A stretch of 64,000 nucleotides of DNA from assembly GCA_964016885.1 (NCBI GenBank), contig OZ024744.1, positions 72,974,001 through 73,038,000 of the forward strand. Direction: 5' to 3'. The stretch is from Eledone cirrhosa. Taxonomy: Eukaryota. The notes below the pieces were generated by a model. The model worked only from the letters and a program-made list of their open reading frames with translations. It had not been told where the DNA came from and did not search any database. The position numbers were made by a program, and so were the translations under genes. Of the stretch, positions 13,792 through 26,047 are shown one piece after another; positions within the stretch are counted from its first letter, which is position 1; every line of letters begins with the position of its first letter.

Positions 13792-14489
13792 TTAAAGGAT
13801 TCCTATTTAAATAAAAATCTTCCAACTTAACATTATATAAAAACATTTTGTTATGTTACTGATACCATTTTAATAATGATATAGTTCAAATCCAAAACCA
13901 AATCCTTCTCGCTGCTGTTGGAGGAACCCTTTCCTGGTTGACCTCCACCACTTTTGGTTTTGGTCATGTTAGAGGCGTAGCTGTCCTCTCCATGCTTAGC
14001 CAATTACAGGTTGGTGAGGCTAGTTGGGGTGGAGGGTCATTGACTCTGAGGAGTTCATCCGCCCTTTAACAGCTCTTGTTTCTTTTCTTTTTTCTGCTGC
14101 TGAGGTTCCACTTATTCTCCTCACCAGACCAGTGAGTAGTGAGGGAGTTGTTTTACTTGCCGACCATTCGACTATGAAGCAGGTTGTGCTGAGTTGGTAC
14201 CAGTAGCAGACAGAAACTTGATCTGACCATGAAATAGTAATTTAAATAAATCCTTCAAAATTCTCCATTAATAAAAATAGTGTATTTCATTAGAAATATG
14301 GCCATAGGTCGATTAAAGAATTTAAAATTCTATACATACAATATTCTGTTTGCCATGACTATTAAAATGAAAAAGGATAATATAACAATATTAATAATTT
14401 AGAAATATTGTCAATTAAATTGATCTTACAGTACTACAGGTCACTGAGGAAGTCTCTAAATACAGATCTGGACTTTGGGTAAAAGAAAA

Positions 14490-14640
14490 TACAAGAGGAT
14501 CAGTTAATTATGATTTTATTCAGCATATTCCCCTCTCAGATGTACAAACTTAGTGCAGCAGTCCTACCTCTCCTGTAATGGTAATAGGACTACTTTTTCG
14601 CAATATCCTTAAGCCAGGAACTCTTCAGCACCCCGGTATA
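14490..14640. mobile_element. Tc1/mariner-type remnant
   Basis: The right end reads TACCGGGGTGCTGAAGAGTTCCTGGCTT on the - strand, resembling a mariner TIR. The left TIR is not recognisable. Confidence 0.4.
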
Positions 14641-15619
14641 CCAGAAAAGTATACTAGTCAGATAACAATTAGTCACAGATATCCACAACAGCTGAACTTG
14701 TACTACTATACATCTGTGGATTACACCTGGTCATTTGCTTGAACACCCATATGCCAGGATCTACTCAATAAAATTTAACCTTTTCTTTAGCATATAGCAA
14801 ATGAAATACACTTAGCATGTGTTAAAATGGATTTTGAAAATAAGCAAAAATTTGGATGGGTTTATTAAAATAATTAACCTTTTCATTAATAAGATAGTTT
14901 TTGGAACTTATCACCAGAAAATGTTCTTACTTAAAATTATAATGGAAATTTTAGATTTAGATATGAATAATTTACAATTGGAGATATTATATCTATCAGC
15001 TAAATATAATTTATTAATAAAAATTAAAAAAATCCTAAACAAAACTATTTCAAATAACAACACTACAGATATTTAAAAACAGGAAAGGCAAGGGCTCTGG
15101 GGTCACTGAAGAGGGCAAAGAGGGAGAGAGGGTGATGGGCTTTAGGCCTAGGGGGAGGCAGTGTTGGGGCTGCACCCTGCAGACTAGACCTCAAAAGCAT
15201 ATATGCAATTTCAAGCAGGTTGGTATCCAAATTAAAGGACCACCTACATGCCAGAATCTGTTCAAGGTCTACTTTGTGGTAGCACAACAAGAAAAACAAA
15301 AACACAATTGGTACATATTAATGATCAGAGAAATAAAAAACATACAACTCTAACTGAAATGGAATTCAGAATGTCCATGTACAAGACTAAGTACATGAAG
15401 AAATTTAATCCAGTATTCTATGTTTGGTAATTTGTCTAGCTACTAACAACAACAACTGCATGACCAGCAACAATATATTTCAAAATGATTAAGCATTAAT
15501 GTTTAAAACTCGATATTTTCATATTAAGAAAAAAAAAAACCTCTCTAATCTTTACTCTCTCTCTCTCTCTCTCTCTTATCATTTAGTTTTTGTTTATTAT
15601 GTGGAAATGTGTGTGTGTG

Positions 15620-15686
<67 letters not shown>

Positions 15687-16422
15687 ATATATCATCATCA
15701 TCATCATCGTTTAATGTCCATCTTCCTCGCTAGCATATATATGTATATCTATACAATATATATACTATATATATACATACAATATATATATATATATATA
15801 ATGTGTGTGTATGCGCATAGTATGTAGAATCTACACACACACACACACGTGCAAACGTGCAAATGTACACACGCAGCTCTCCCTCCCTTTTTTTGTTTTC
15901 TTTCTTCTACTTGTATGATGTTTATAATCATCTACTTTCATTTAGTGATTTCCATAATTGGTTGTCAAGAATGAAGAAAGATTATGCACTAGAAAATAAC
16001 AATAATTTAATCATGTCTTCATTAACAATGATGATAATGATGATGATGATGATGATGATAGTGGTGGTGATGATGATGATGGGGATGATGGTGATGGCGA
16101 TGGTGGTGATGGTGGTGATGTTGTTGGTGATGATGGTGGCGGCGGTGGTGGTGATGATGATGATGGTGGCAATGGTTAGTGGTGATGATGGTAGTGGTGG
16201 TGGTGGTGGTGGTGGTGGTGATGGCGATGGTGATGATGGTGACGATGATGATCTTCTCATAAGCAGTTGCTTACAAGTATTAGTCATAGACATTAGACAT
16301 ATATTTTGTTTTGTTTTGGAGGGGAGGGGGGTGAGAGGGGGGTGGGTTGTAGTGGGGACTAGCATTGAAAGATGGTGGCAGAATGATACTACAACAGCAT
16401 TCAATAGTTATTATTAGTATTA

Positions 16423-16620
16423 GGGTAGCGGATTGGCAGTATCGGTAGAGGGTCGGACGCCATGCTTTGCAATATAGAGTTACGGCCCTTTATGGTCTGA
16501 ATTCAAATCCCGCTGAGGTTAACTTTGCCTTTCATCCTCACTGGTGTTGATAAAATAAAGTACCAGTAATGCATTGGGGGGTGATTGCTGGCCTTGTGCC
16601 AAAAGTAGAAACAATTATTA
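16423..16620 (+). mobile_element. SINE family A, full length
   Basis: tRNA-like A/B boxes, core GCCTTTCATCC...GATAAAATAAAGTACCAG, and 3' GGCCTTGTGCCAAAAGTAGAAAC followed by an ATT tail. Confidence 0.85.
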
Positions 16621-16654
16621 GTATTTGAAAAGTTACTGTAAAAAGATATAATAA

Positions 16655-16875
16655 TAATGATTGCTACTTCAGGCACAAGGCCAGCAATTAGAAAGAGAGG
16701 GGAAAGTTGATTAAATTGACCCCAGTACATTACCGATGCTTTATTTAATTGACTCCATAGGGATGAAAGGCGAAGTTAACCTCAGCGGGATTTGAACTCA
16801 GAGTGTAAAGGGCCGTAACTCTATGACGTGAAGCATATTGTCCAACACTCTGCCAATTCCGCCAATCCACCGTCC
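16655..16875 (-). mobile_element. SINE family A, inverted relative to its neighbour
   Basis: Reverse complement of the family A consensus. Confidence 0.8.
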
Positions 16876-17086
16876 TTAAAAAGACATAATAATTTTAGAA
16901 ATTCAAGTTGTTGGTGTTGGTGGTGAGGGTAAGAGTGGTGAAAGCATATTTGTTGACCGAACAATTTCACAACTCAACTAATGATCACATAATTGAATCA
17001 AGCAATCTAACCCAACCAACAATTTTACAATTAAATTAACAATCTCACAACTCAACAATTCTACCAACATTCTTACTACTCAACTG

Positions 17087-17345
17087 ACTATCTCACACCT
17101 CAGCCAACTATCTCACATCTCAACCAACTATCTCACACCTCAACCAACTATCTCACACCTCAACCAACTATCTCACACCTCAACCAACTATCTCACACCT
17201 CAACCAACTATCTCACACCTCAACCAACTATCTCACACTTCAACCAACTATCTCACAACTCAACCAACTATCTCACAGCTCAACCAACCATTTAACAACT
17301 CAACCAACTACCTCACAACTCAACTGACTATCTAACAATTCAACC
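17087..17345. repeat. 20-bp minisatellite (CAACCAACTATCTCACACCT)n, ~12 copies with degenerate flanks
   Basis: Direct tandem repeats visible in the sequence. Confidence 0.95.
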
Positions 17346-17964
17346 AACAATCTCGTACTCAACCAAATATCTCACTTCTGAACCAGAAATTTTAAGACTC
17401 ATTTGATAATCTAACAAAACCAAACAAAAACCTCACAATTTAACCATCAATTTCACAACTAACTAAACAATCTCAAAACTAAATGAACAATTAGAACAGA
17501 AACATCAATATTACAATTTAATCAACCCCCATTAACCCCAATAGTGGACCCAACTATTTTAGCAGTTTATTAACATCATATATCATAAATACATGCTATG
17601 AAGGTTCACCTTATATAATACTCTCTCCTCCCTCCAATTCTAAATGTAATCAAGTTAACCTTTAACATGCTGAATTTTTAAACAAATTGCTTCCCTTGAC
17701 ACTTTATCATGTTTAAGGGAAGATTATTACTCCATTGGCGACATAATGCATCTAGAGCACCCAAAAGCTTAATATGAAAAAGTAAATAAGAAAAAAGAAT
17801 CTACATTATATTTCCTTTTGAAAACTGATTATAATTTTTCGTGTGTTTTGGTTGTTGTTCTTGCTGTTGTTGCCTTTATTTCACTGTATTTTACTCACAG
17901 CCCCATTACCTTTTCATTTTGTTGTTTTTTTTTCTCTTTTTTTTTGTATTATTTGTAATTTCAG

Positions 17965-18045
17965 TTGGAATCTTTCTTCGCTTTGCCCCGTTCTGAGCAA
18001 AAGTTTATTCCACGACCAGAAAAGACACTAAAGTTTCTGCTCAGT
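17965..18045 (+). CDS. MICU3: Candidate MICU3 alternative (cassette or mutually exclusive) exon: LESFFALPRSEQKFIPRPEKTLKFLLS
   Basis: Long pyrimidine tract, TTTCAG|TTGGAA acceptor and AGT|GTATGT donor. 81 nt, phase 0-0, no stop, non-repetitive. It has the same boundary sequences and LExxF start as the exon at 58088. Confidence 0.6.
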
Positions 18046-18302
18046 GTATGTCAGGTGTTTTATTTTTTGGGGTTATGTTTTGTTTTTGATTTGATTTGAA
18101 TTTAGTTTATTTATTTATTTATTTTTTTCATTTGATTTTCTTATGATTATTGCCCCCCTCCCCCTTCTCTGTGGAAGAAAAAAAAACTCAGCTTCATCGA
18201 AAAAGAAAAAATATATTTAGAAATATGTGTGTGTATATATATATATATGTACATACATATATATATGTGTGTATATATACGTGTATATATATATATATGT
18301 AC

Positions 18303-18350
<48 letters not shown>

Positions 18351-18420
18351 GTATATATGTATATATATATGTATATATATATATATTATGTATATATACA
18401 TTTATGTATTTATATATATA

Positions 18421-18461
<41 letters not shown>

Positions 18462-18659
18462 ATATATATAATGAAAATACTATTTTCATGCTAAGAACGC
18501 ATCATAGCAAAATGTTTGATGAATATAAAATGGTTAGAGAAGTAATAAATTAAAATTTAATGATGGCTAAAATTCAAGGGCTTAAGAAAATAGAATTATT
18601 TTATACATATTAAAGTAAATACATGCATATTAAAGTAAATACATACATATATTTAATAT

Positions 18660-18694
<35 letters not shown>

Positions 18695-18735
18695 CCTACT
18701 AGTGATGTTTCACATACTTACATATATATATATAT

Positions 18736-19236
18736 CATCATCATCATCATCATCGTTTAACGTCTATCTTCCACACTAGCATGGGTTTAGACAGGAATTA
18801 TCCCACTTGAGGCAAGATTGGTTATCTTGCTCGTGTAAGACTGTCTGGCAGGTTTTCTACAGCTGGATGCCCTTCCTAACACCAACCAACGTTTACAGTG
18901 TGGACTGAGAGGTTTATACCGTGTTACCTACACGGCCACATTACAGCGTGGACTGTGTGTTTTTGTTTTTGTCGTGACACCTACACAACCTCATTTATTT
19001 AGGACTGGATGTAGCGGTACCAACATAACTTTACAGTGAAAGGGGTGGGGTGATGGTGGGTGTATTTTGGTTAAGAAGTGCCTACTGACTGTAGGTTTTG
19101 CTTTGTACTTAGGCAAGGCGGGTCTTCTGTATTACTGAATAGCGCCAAAGATCTCGGTCCAGTGACATTGTCTTGAAGAGGTGTAAGTGTGTAAGGTCGG
19201 AATTTATTAAATCGTCCCAGGTTTTTCTGGGTCTGC
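18736..19236 (-). mobile_element. RTE LINE 3' end (ORF end, 3' UTR and (GAT)n tail)
   Basis: Colinear with 40004-40525; GRPRKTWDD-type C-terminus. Confidence 0.8.
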
Positions 19237-19931
19237 CTATATATATATATATATGTGTGTGTGTATATTATCATCATACTCATCATTTAACGTCCACTTA
19301 CAATGGTAGCAAAAGTTGGACAAGTCTTCATAGAACATATCAGTACTTATCTGGGACTATTGACCTCCCAGGCAGGTCGGGAGTTCATATGTTGCTTGCA
19401 TAGGGTTCCACATTTTACAAGTGCATTTATTGTGGCACCAGCACTAGAGAGGTTGTTATGTCTTTCACACAGCTGTAGGATCCTACCAACCCTTTGTTTG
19501 ACAAGCTTTCTACTGCTGGATGCCCTTCCTAAAGGGTAAATGGTAAAGATCCACTTTGGTACATAGAAAGTACCCCCTCTGAGGCACAAGCCTGGGCAAG
19601 GTTATTTTCTGGAAGACCAGAAGTCACCTATGTACACCACTCTCCTTTATCCATGCCACCAATGTTGTCCAAAGGATAGGCCAAGGCCAGTACAGCTTGA
19701 CACCAGTGACATCTCAAATCACTTTATCCAGCTGAGTGAACTGAATCCATTTTAAATAAATGACAACACACCACCCATTCTGAGACTCAAACTTACAACT
19801 TCACGATTGTAACCCTATGCCCCAACCACTAAGCCACGCACCTTTACATGCATATATATATATATAAATACACATGCACACACACACACATTTTCATGCA
19901 TACATACACATGCCCCCCCCCCCCTATATAC

Positions 19932-19963
<32 letters not shown>

Positions 19964-19967
19964 GTAA

Positions 19968-20612
19968 AAATATAAATTAGCGAGAATCGTATTTCGGCTT
20001 TGGAATTAGCGAAAAACAACTTCCGAGATGTGTGGCAAGCGCTCAATAATTCTGACGAACCAGAGCTACAACATACGTTAAAGGCCAAACACACTGAGAC
20101 CATGGTTAAACCATCATCCGCACAGCCATAGAAACGACCAAGTAATTCGGGTCAAACAAATAAAAAAATATGTGATTGAAAAAATTTACCCGGACCCCTG
20201 GATGGTTGGTAAAATCCAGCATTTGGGTTTCTGCGACTCCTAAATCAAGTACTGTCCGCTTAGACAAATAATGTTAGGCTTCTGGTAAGATGATTGAACA
20301 AGGAAGTCACTTTCTCAACAGGTTTTAGTTCAAGTGCCAGGGCAAGGAATGACCGTTACCGATACCCACATGGGACTCAACAAGGGAGGCAATCCTTATT
20401 TTTGGCGGATGAAATTCAGTATGTGTATATTGCAAAAAGGCAAAATATCACAAAACGAATTAAGCTCTCAACAGAATGGTTATAAGTTAACAAAAGCTAT
20501 TCATCAGTCAATAGAATCAACTAAAAAAATCAAGAAAATTAACTGGTCAATAGCTCGACTCTGGAGATTAATACAAATATAAATTAGCGAGAATCGTATT
20601 TCGGCTTTGGAA
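19968..20612. repeat. Unclassified ~645-bp insertion bounded by perfect 38-bp direct repeats (period 607 bp)
   Basis: AAATATAAATTAGCGAGAATCGTATTTCGGCTTTGGAA at 19968-20005 and 20575-20612, inside a (TA)n tract. Confidence 0.75.
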
Positions 20613-20628
20613 ATGTATATATGTGTAT

Positions 20629-21775
20629 ATATTGTTATACTTTGGGAGGTTCATACTGCCAATAAAAACACACACCTGTTGGCTTTCACTTCAATCATAG
20701 GGACAAGATCAGGGTATATAAAGGGGCCAGGATGATTGGGCAAAGATTGTAGAAAATGGTGTGAATAGGATTTGCCCCATATATGGGAGCAAACTTTGGA
20801 ATAGAATAGAAAAGATTAAGAAAAAGACAAATAAACTCAACTCTTGGTATGATAGCAACAAATACCAGAGAATAATGTTTATCAATGCAACCCACAGAGG
20901 CGAACTAGCTTACAGATTTAGAAGGGCTCTAGACAAGCTGAAATTAAATATTGAGATAGTTGAAAGACCAGGTATACCCATAAAAACCTTAATTAGTAAA
21001 ACATATCCATTTCAAAGAACCCCTTACACTGATAGGAAATGCATAGTCTGCAAACTAAGCTTGCAAACTAACTGCAAAGCTAGAAACGTAGTATATAATA
21101 TAAGATGTACTGAGGGACAGTGGAGGATAAGAACACAACATGCATAGGGGAAACAGCCCTTAGCATAGGAAAAAGGATAAGTGAACACTGGTGAGAACTC
21201 CAGGATGGGAAAAAACTCATCAGTACTCCACCAACATGCCAAAATAGAACATAGGGGCACATTAGAGAACATAGAGATAACAATTTTATCCACACACCGA
21301 AAACATGCAATACTCAGACAAATTACAGAGGTGACAAACATAAACGAACTCCAACCAAAATTAGTCAGAAAACATGAGTGGAATAGTATCATGACAACTA
21401 GTAATTAAGGACAAAATGAAGACATACAGACACACACAAAAACTAAACTAATATAATAAACCAGACACACACACTGATAGAACAACCAACCAACTAGTGA
21501 CAAGTAAATAAACACGCCCCAATGTAACGCATGCGCAAACCAAACATATAACACACAAAAACAAAATGGTGTAGGAGAGAACAAAGGAGAGACACAAAAA
21601 GAAATCCCAGTCACTGAGGAGGTCACAGAATGTATGACGAAAGAGCTTTGACTATATATAAACAATCATCCGGTTATCGAACCAACCAACGAGAATTTTA
21701 TAATAAAATGATGTGAAAACCAACAGGTGCATGTGCTCTTATTGGCAACATGGCCCTCCCAAAGTATAACAATAT
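20629..21775 (+). mobile_element. 5'-truncated Penelope-like element (GIY-YIG endonuclease relic) with inverted pLTR segment
   Basis: Frames 20761-21408 give CIVCK...NCKARNVVYNIRC, (C)IGETA...R.SEH, SSVLHQHA and LRQITEV..I....P.L.RK.EW. Region 20629-20692 is an inverted copy of 21712-21775. Confidence 0.85.
21609..21653 (+). ncRNA. Minimal type I hammerhead ribozyme motif in the PLE pLTR
   Basis: AGTCA-CTGAGGA-G-GTCA(CAGAATGTA)TGAC-GAAA-GAGC-TT-TGACT. Stem I is AGTCA/TGACT, stem II is GTCA/TGAC, the CUGANGA and GAAA boxes are present, and stem III is short with a CUU cleavage triplet. Confidence 0.7.
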
Positions 21776-22094
21776 CTGTTTCAATGCACATTATCAGATA
21801 AAACATCTTGCAAAACAAATTCAAAATTGAAATATATATACCGATATATATATATATTGATTGTTGATCAACAAGATCCCAGACTTCATTCACTTAACGA
21901 GATGGAGCTCGTCAAATCAGACTGAAGAAACAATGTTTCCATTCATCTATCCAATCGCTAATACTATCTATTGGTTGCAACTCCAGGTACAAGGAGCAAC
22001 ATAAATAAAGTGTCTTGCTCAAGGACATCGCCCGCCTGGGAATCGAAATCACACCACACGATATGAATCCAATACTTGAACCACTCAGCCATGT

Positions 22095-22655
22095 GCCTTC
22101 ATATATATATATCTAGGGCGGGTAAAATTCCCAAGATCCATGGACAAGTTCTCTCCAGCGGTCTCTGTCCCTCATTATTGCTGCCATGTCCTGCGTCTCC
22201 AAGAGACCAGTGTCTGTCCTTTGGACATCAACATATGTCAACCTCAGTCTCCCTCTTCCAGTGTGTCCATGCAGGGGCTCCCACAAGAGCACTGAGTGCA
22301 GTGTCAACTCTGGATGTCGGTGAGCATGTCCAGCTAACCTCAGTCTCCTCTGTGCCACTCTCGAGCTGACTTTTGGGAGGCTCCCATATAGGTCTGAGTT
22401 CTTCATCCTCAGTGTTTACTGATTAATGTTCAGAGCCATCCTCAGCATTCTCGTGTAGCACCCATCCACCATCTGAGTGAGTTTATTGGTCAGTGTCCAA
22501 GTCTCAGACCCGTACAGCAGCACAGACTCCACTACAGCAACGAAGTGACGGATCTTCAGGTCTTTATTATGGTTTGACTTCCACACCGCTCTCAAGCTGT
22601 GACATGGTGCCCAGGCTTTGCTCTTCCTCTCGACCACATCATCTTCCATGTTCCC
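22095..22655 (-). mobile_element. RTE-clade LINE C-terminal fragment (second family)
   Basis: ORFs 22416-22769 (VESVLLYGSETWTLT...DGCYTRMLRMALNI) and 22113-22406 (RRLRLAGH..RHPE...LLWEP.HG...RGR). Confidence 0.85.
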
Positions 22656-24834
22656 AATCTTATATAGTGAAAGAGTGAAGAACAACATGGTTGGCTGTAC
22701 AAAAAGAGTTTTATTTACTGTATTAACAATCGTTTCATTGATCAAATAAGTATAAAGGCTGCTAATCATTAGAAATTATGTCACTCGATCTTATACAGTG
22801 TGTGTCTCTGATCAAATCATCAGAAATATATATATGTATATATATATATATGCAATTAAATCTTTAAAAGCACTTTATTTATTGCTTTGTCTGTGTGTAT
22901 TTTAAGAGAGGAATAAATGAAAATGCCATGGTTCGGTGGGTAATTAGTGTAAAAACCTCAGACAGAGCCCACTTGACCCTGCTTTAAGATCATGCCGACT
23001 GTATCGGTTTGGACATGTGGGCCATAGAGGTGGGTTGATACATTGATGTACCAAGATTGTAGCCCCTGTTAGAGAGGGAAGGGGTGCCTATGTAAAACCT
23101 GGGAAGACATAATCAGGGATGATCTGAAAGACTCAGAACCTGGACCAAAACATGTCCCTGAGATGAACATTCTAGAATGAACACTTTGAAAGAGGCTACC
23201 AAAATATCCAATGCTTGTGACAAGTAAAAAAGACGTTAAACCTGATGATGATGATGATGATAGATTTTTTTAAAAGAAATATCTACATCAAACTTTTTTT
23301 TTTTCTTTCTGTAATAATATAACCAATATAAGATCCTATCAGATATTGTATCAAACTTATATTTGCTGTGAAAATTTTATGAGTCTTCACCAAAATATAT
23401 CTCTTTTGTATCAAGAGAATTTTTATTAATTTTTTTCTTTCTCCCTCTAGGCTGAGTTTATACTTAAATGCTATGTCTTTATGTATGCTGTATGGATTAT
23501 TATTGTTATCTTGAAGTATAGAATGAAAATGCAAAATTTATTGTTGAACCAATGATAGGTGTATTACGCGAAATTGGTCACACAGCTTGTTTTTAACAAT
23601 TGCTTGGGAGCATACACTGTATTTCTTTTGTTGTTTTTTCATTTTCCTTTTTACATCATTATTTTTGCAGGTTTAGATTAGTGTTGTCTTCTGTATCAGA
23701 GAAACCTTAAAAAAAAAACTAGTTTTCTTTACTACACTAGGAGTATATATTCAATTAGAGGACATTTAAAGAATTTTAATTCAGAAATATATTCAGTACC
23801 AGTGGATTTGTGCTCTCTATAATTATGGCAATAGCATTGAACATATTTATTTTTTAGGCACCAATATTGGTATGCTATATTTACCAGGGTTAAAGGGTAT
23901 ATGAAAAACCATATGTACAAATGACATGCAGGATTAAATGTATAAGTAACTTTGGAGAACTAACTGTTTACAAAGTCGAATGTAGGATTAGACCGCAGAA
24001 CTTTGTGATTAGAAAGTGAACTTCTTATTATAGCAGCATGACTAAGATAGGAAATACATTGTGTGTTGTTTGTATGTGTGCATTTGAAAGTGTTACAGAC
24101 AGAAATTTATATAAATAAGTATACAAATACACATGGTATATTATTATGGTTGGTCTTCTTTAAAAAGAAAACAAAAATATGCAACAGATATTCCATTGTC
24201 CAAGACATCAATCTGTAACAAAAGATACATTCAAGCAATAGAAAGTCCTGTTTCTCAATATTTCATAAATCAGCTACAATATTAAGTTTTTATAGCTTAG
24301 TTATTGTAAATGTTACTGGTAGTATAAACTCCAAATGCAGACAAATCTCAATGTTTTCACTTTCATTTTATCTTGTAGCAGTATTATATATTATTATACA
24401 TGAAGTCTTTCATTGTACATCTACAAATCTTGTCATTGATACCTCATTCCATTGTATCAATGAACAGGTTGTAGGCGTACTACAATGTTTCAATAATCTA
24501 TAGGATGGAATAAAGTTACAAAATAAAAGTGAATATAACAATCTGTAAACAATTGCGTCATGAAATAGTTATTTTATTACATCATGAAATAGTTATTTTA
24601 TCCAACCATCCCCCACTCCTCCCCTAAAAGAAGATCCCACAAAAAGTGTCATATCTATTGGTAGAGGGTCAGACGCCATGCTTTGATGCATAGAGTTACG
24701 GCCCTTGCCATTCTGAGTTCAAATCCCGCCGAGGTTAACCTTTCATCTTTACGGGGTTGATAAAATAAAGTACCAGTAATGCACTGGGTAATTGCTGGCC
24801 TTGTGCCGAAAGTAGAAACAATTATTATCATTTA

Positions 24835-25600
24835 CTAGCAGAAAAACCACCCTGCGGGTGGTTTTCTTCTAGCATGTGTAGTGTGTATATTGATATTATA
24901 CACAAGTAGATATGATACATCAAATAAAATCGCAATTGACAATATACACAGAAATTGAATGAAACTGTGTTACACTGTCTTATGTAATCAGTAGCGTAAT
25001 TCATGATACATTAAAAAAAGACGATATTATATATAAACTGCATTAGGAGAAAATTAGTGACAGAAATATATGAATATTTATTTAAGTCATCACTAACCGG
25101 AAGTGTTGACATTTGAAAATTTTAAAGAAGTGAATTTTTAAATAAGTAATAAAATATATTTAATGAACAGCCACGAAATTTAGTAGATAAATTATGTAAT
25201 ATTCATTCATTATTTATTCAAAGTAATGCAACTTATTTTACTAATGTATAGTATTTATTATAGTTTAGATTTTTATACAACTGAGTTTAAAAAAAAAGTT
25301 AAACTGTGTTGTTAATAAATAAATACTTGTTTTACTCTCCCGTTTCCAATCCACCGAACGATATCATGACTGTTTGTGTGTGTTTGTGTAAATGTATGTG
25401 TGAATGTGTGTTTGTGTGAAAGTATGTGTATTTATCTGAATGTATGTCCGTGAGGGTGTATTTTTATAAAAGTTTGTGTTTGCGTGATTATAGTTATATA
25501 CTCATAATAGTTATATACTCATACATATAGATGTATGTATGTGCACAATCATACACGTCAGCGTGTAGAAAGTCATAATCTCTCTATCTCTCTCATCACA
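24835..25600 (-). mobile_element. Non-autonomous Helitron-like element
   Basis: The - strand ends with hairpin ACCACCC-GCA-GGGTGGT, then CTAG|T. An internal TCTAAACTATAATAAA 5'-type terminus lies near 25269. Confidence 0.7.
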
Positions 25601-25986
25601 ATAAGTGATTAAGAAATAATGTTAATAGTAAGGTCAGAGTTACACTATAACTGATTCAATGACCAGGTCACAGAAAGTTGTAAGGATGAAAGGCAAAGGT
25701 AACCTTGGTGAGATTTGAACTCGGCAGAATGTAAAGGGCCGTAACTCTATGCTTCAAAGCATGTAAATGTTAATACAAATATATGTATGCATGTGTATAT
25801 ATATATATATATATATACTCTTTTACCTGTTCCAGCCATCTGGCTGAGGCCATGCTGGGGACCGTATTAGTACAGATTTTAGTTTAAGTAAGGAATTTCT
25901 GCTTTCGCCCTATTACCATGATAGGGTGAAATCAGAAATTTTTTGCTTAAACTCTAATCTGTTCTAATAATAAATATTTGCTCTAT

Positions 25987-26040
<54 letters not shown>

Positions 26041-26047
<7 letters not shown>

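Noticed and set aside
15857-16417. 186-aa Met/Val/Gly-rich ORF and similar poly-L/N/H ORFs (9343, 29122, 46297)
   Set aside because: Trinucleotide microsatellites with no splice or homology support.
17087-17345. CRISPR-like regular repeats
   Set aside because: Contiguous 20-bp units with no unique spacers, in a eukaryotic context: a minisatellite.
23451-23680. Strong-looking acceptors at 23450 and 23670 (the latter AG|GT, recursive-splice-like)
   Set aside because: The first leads to a stop with no good donor. The second regenerates GTTTAG, a poor 5' splice site.
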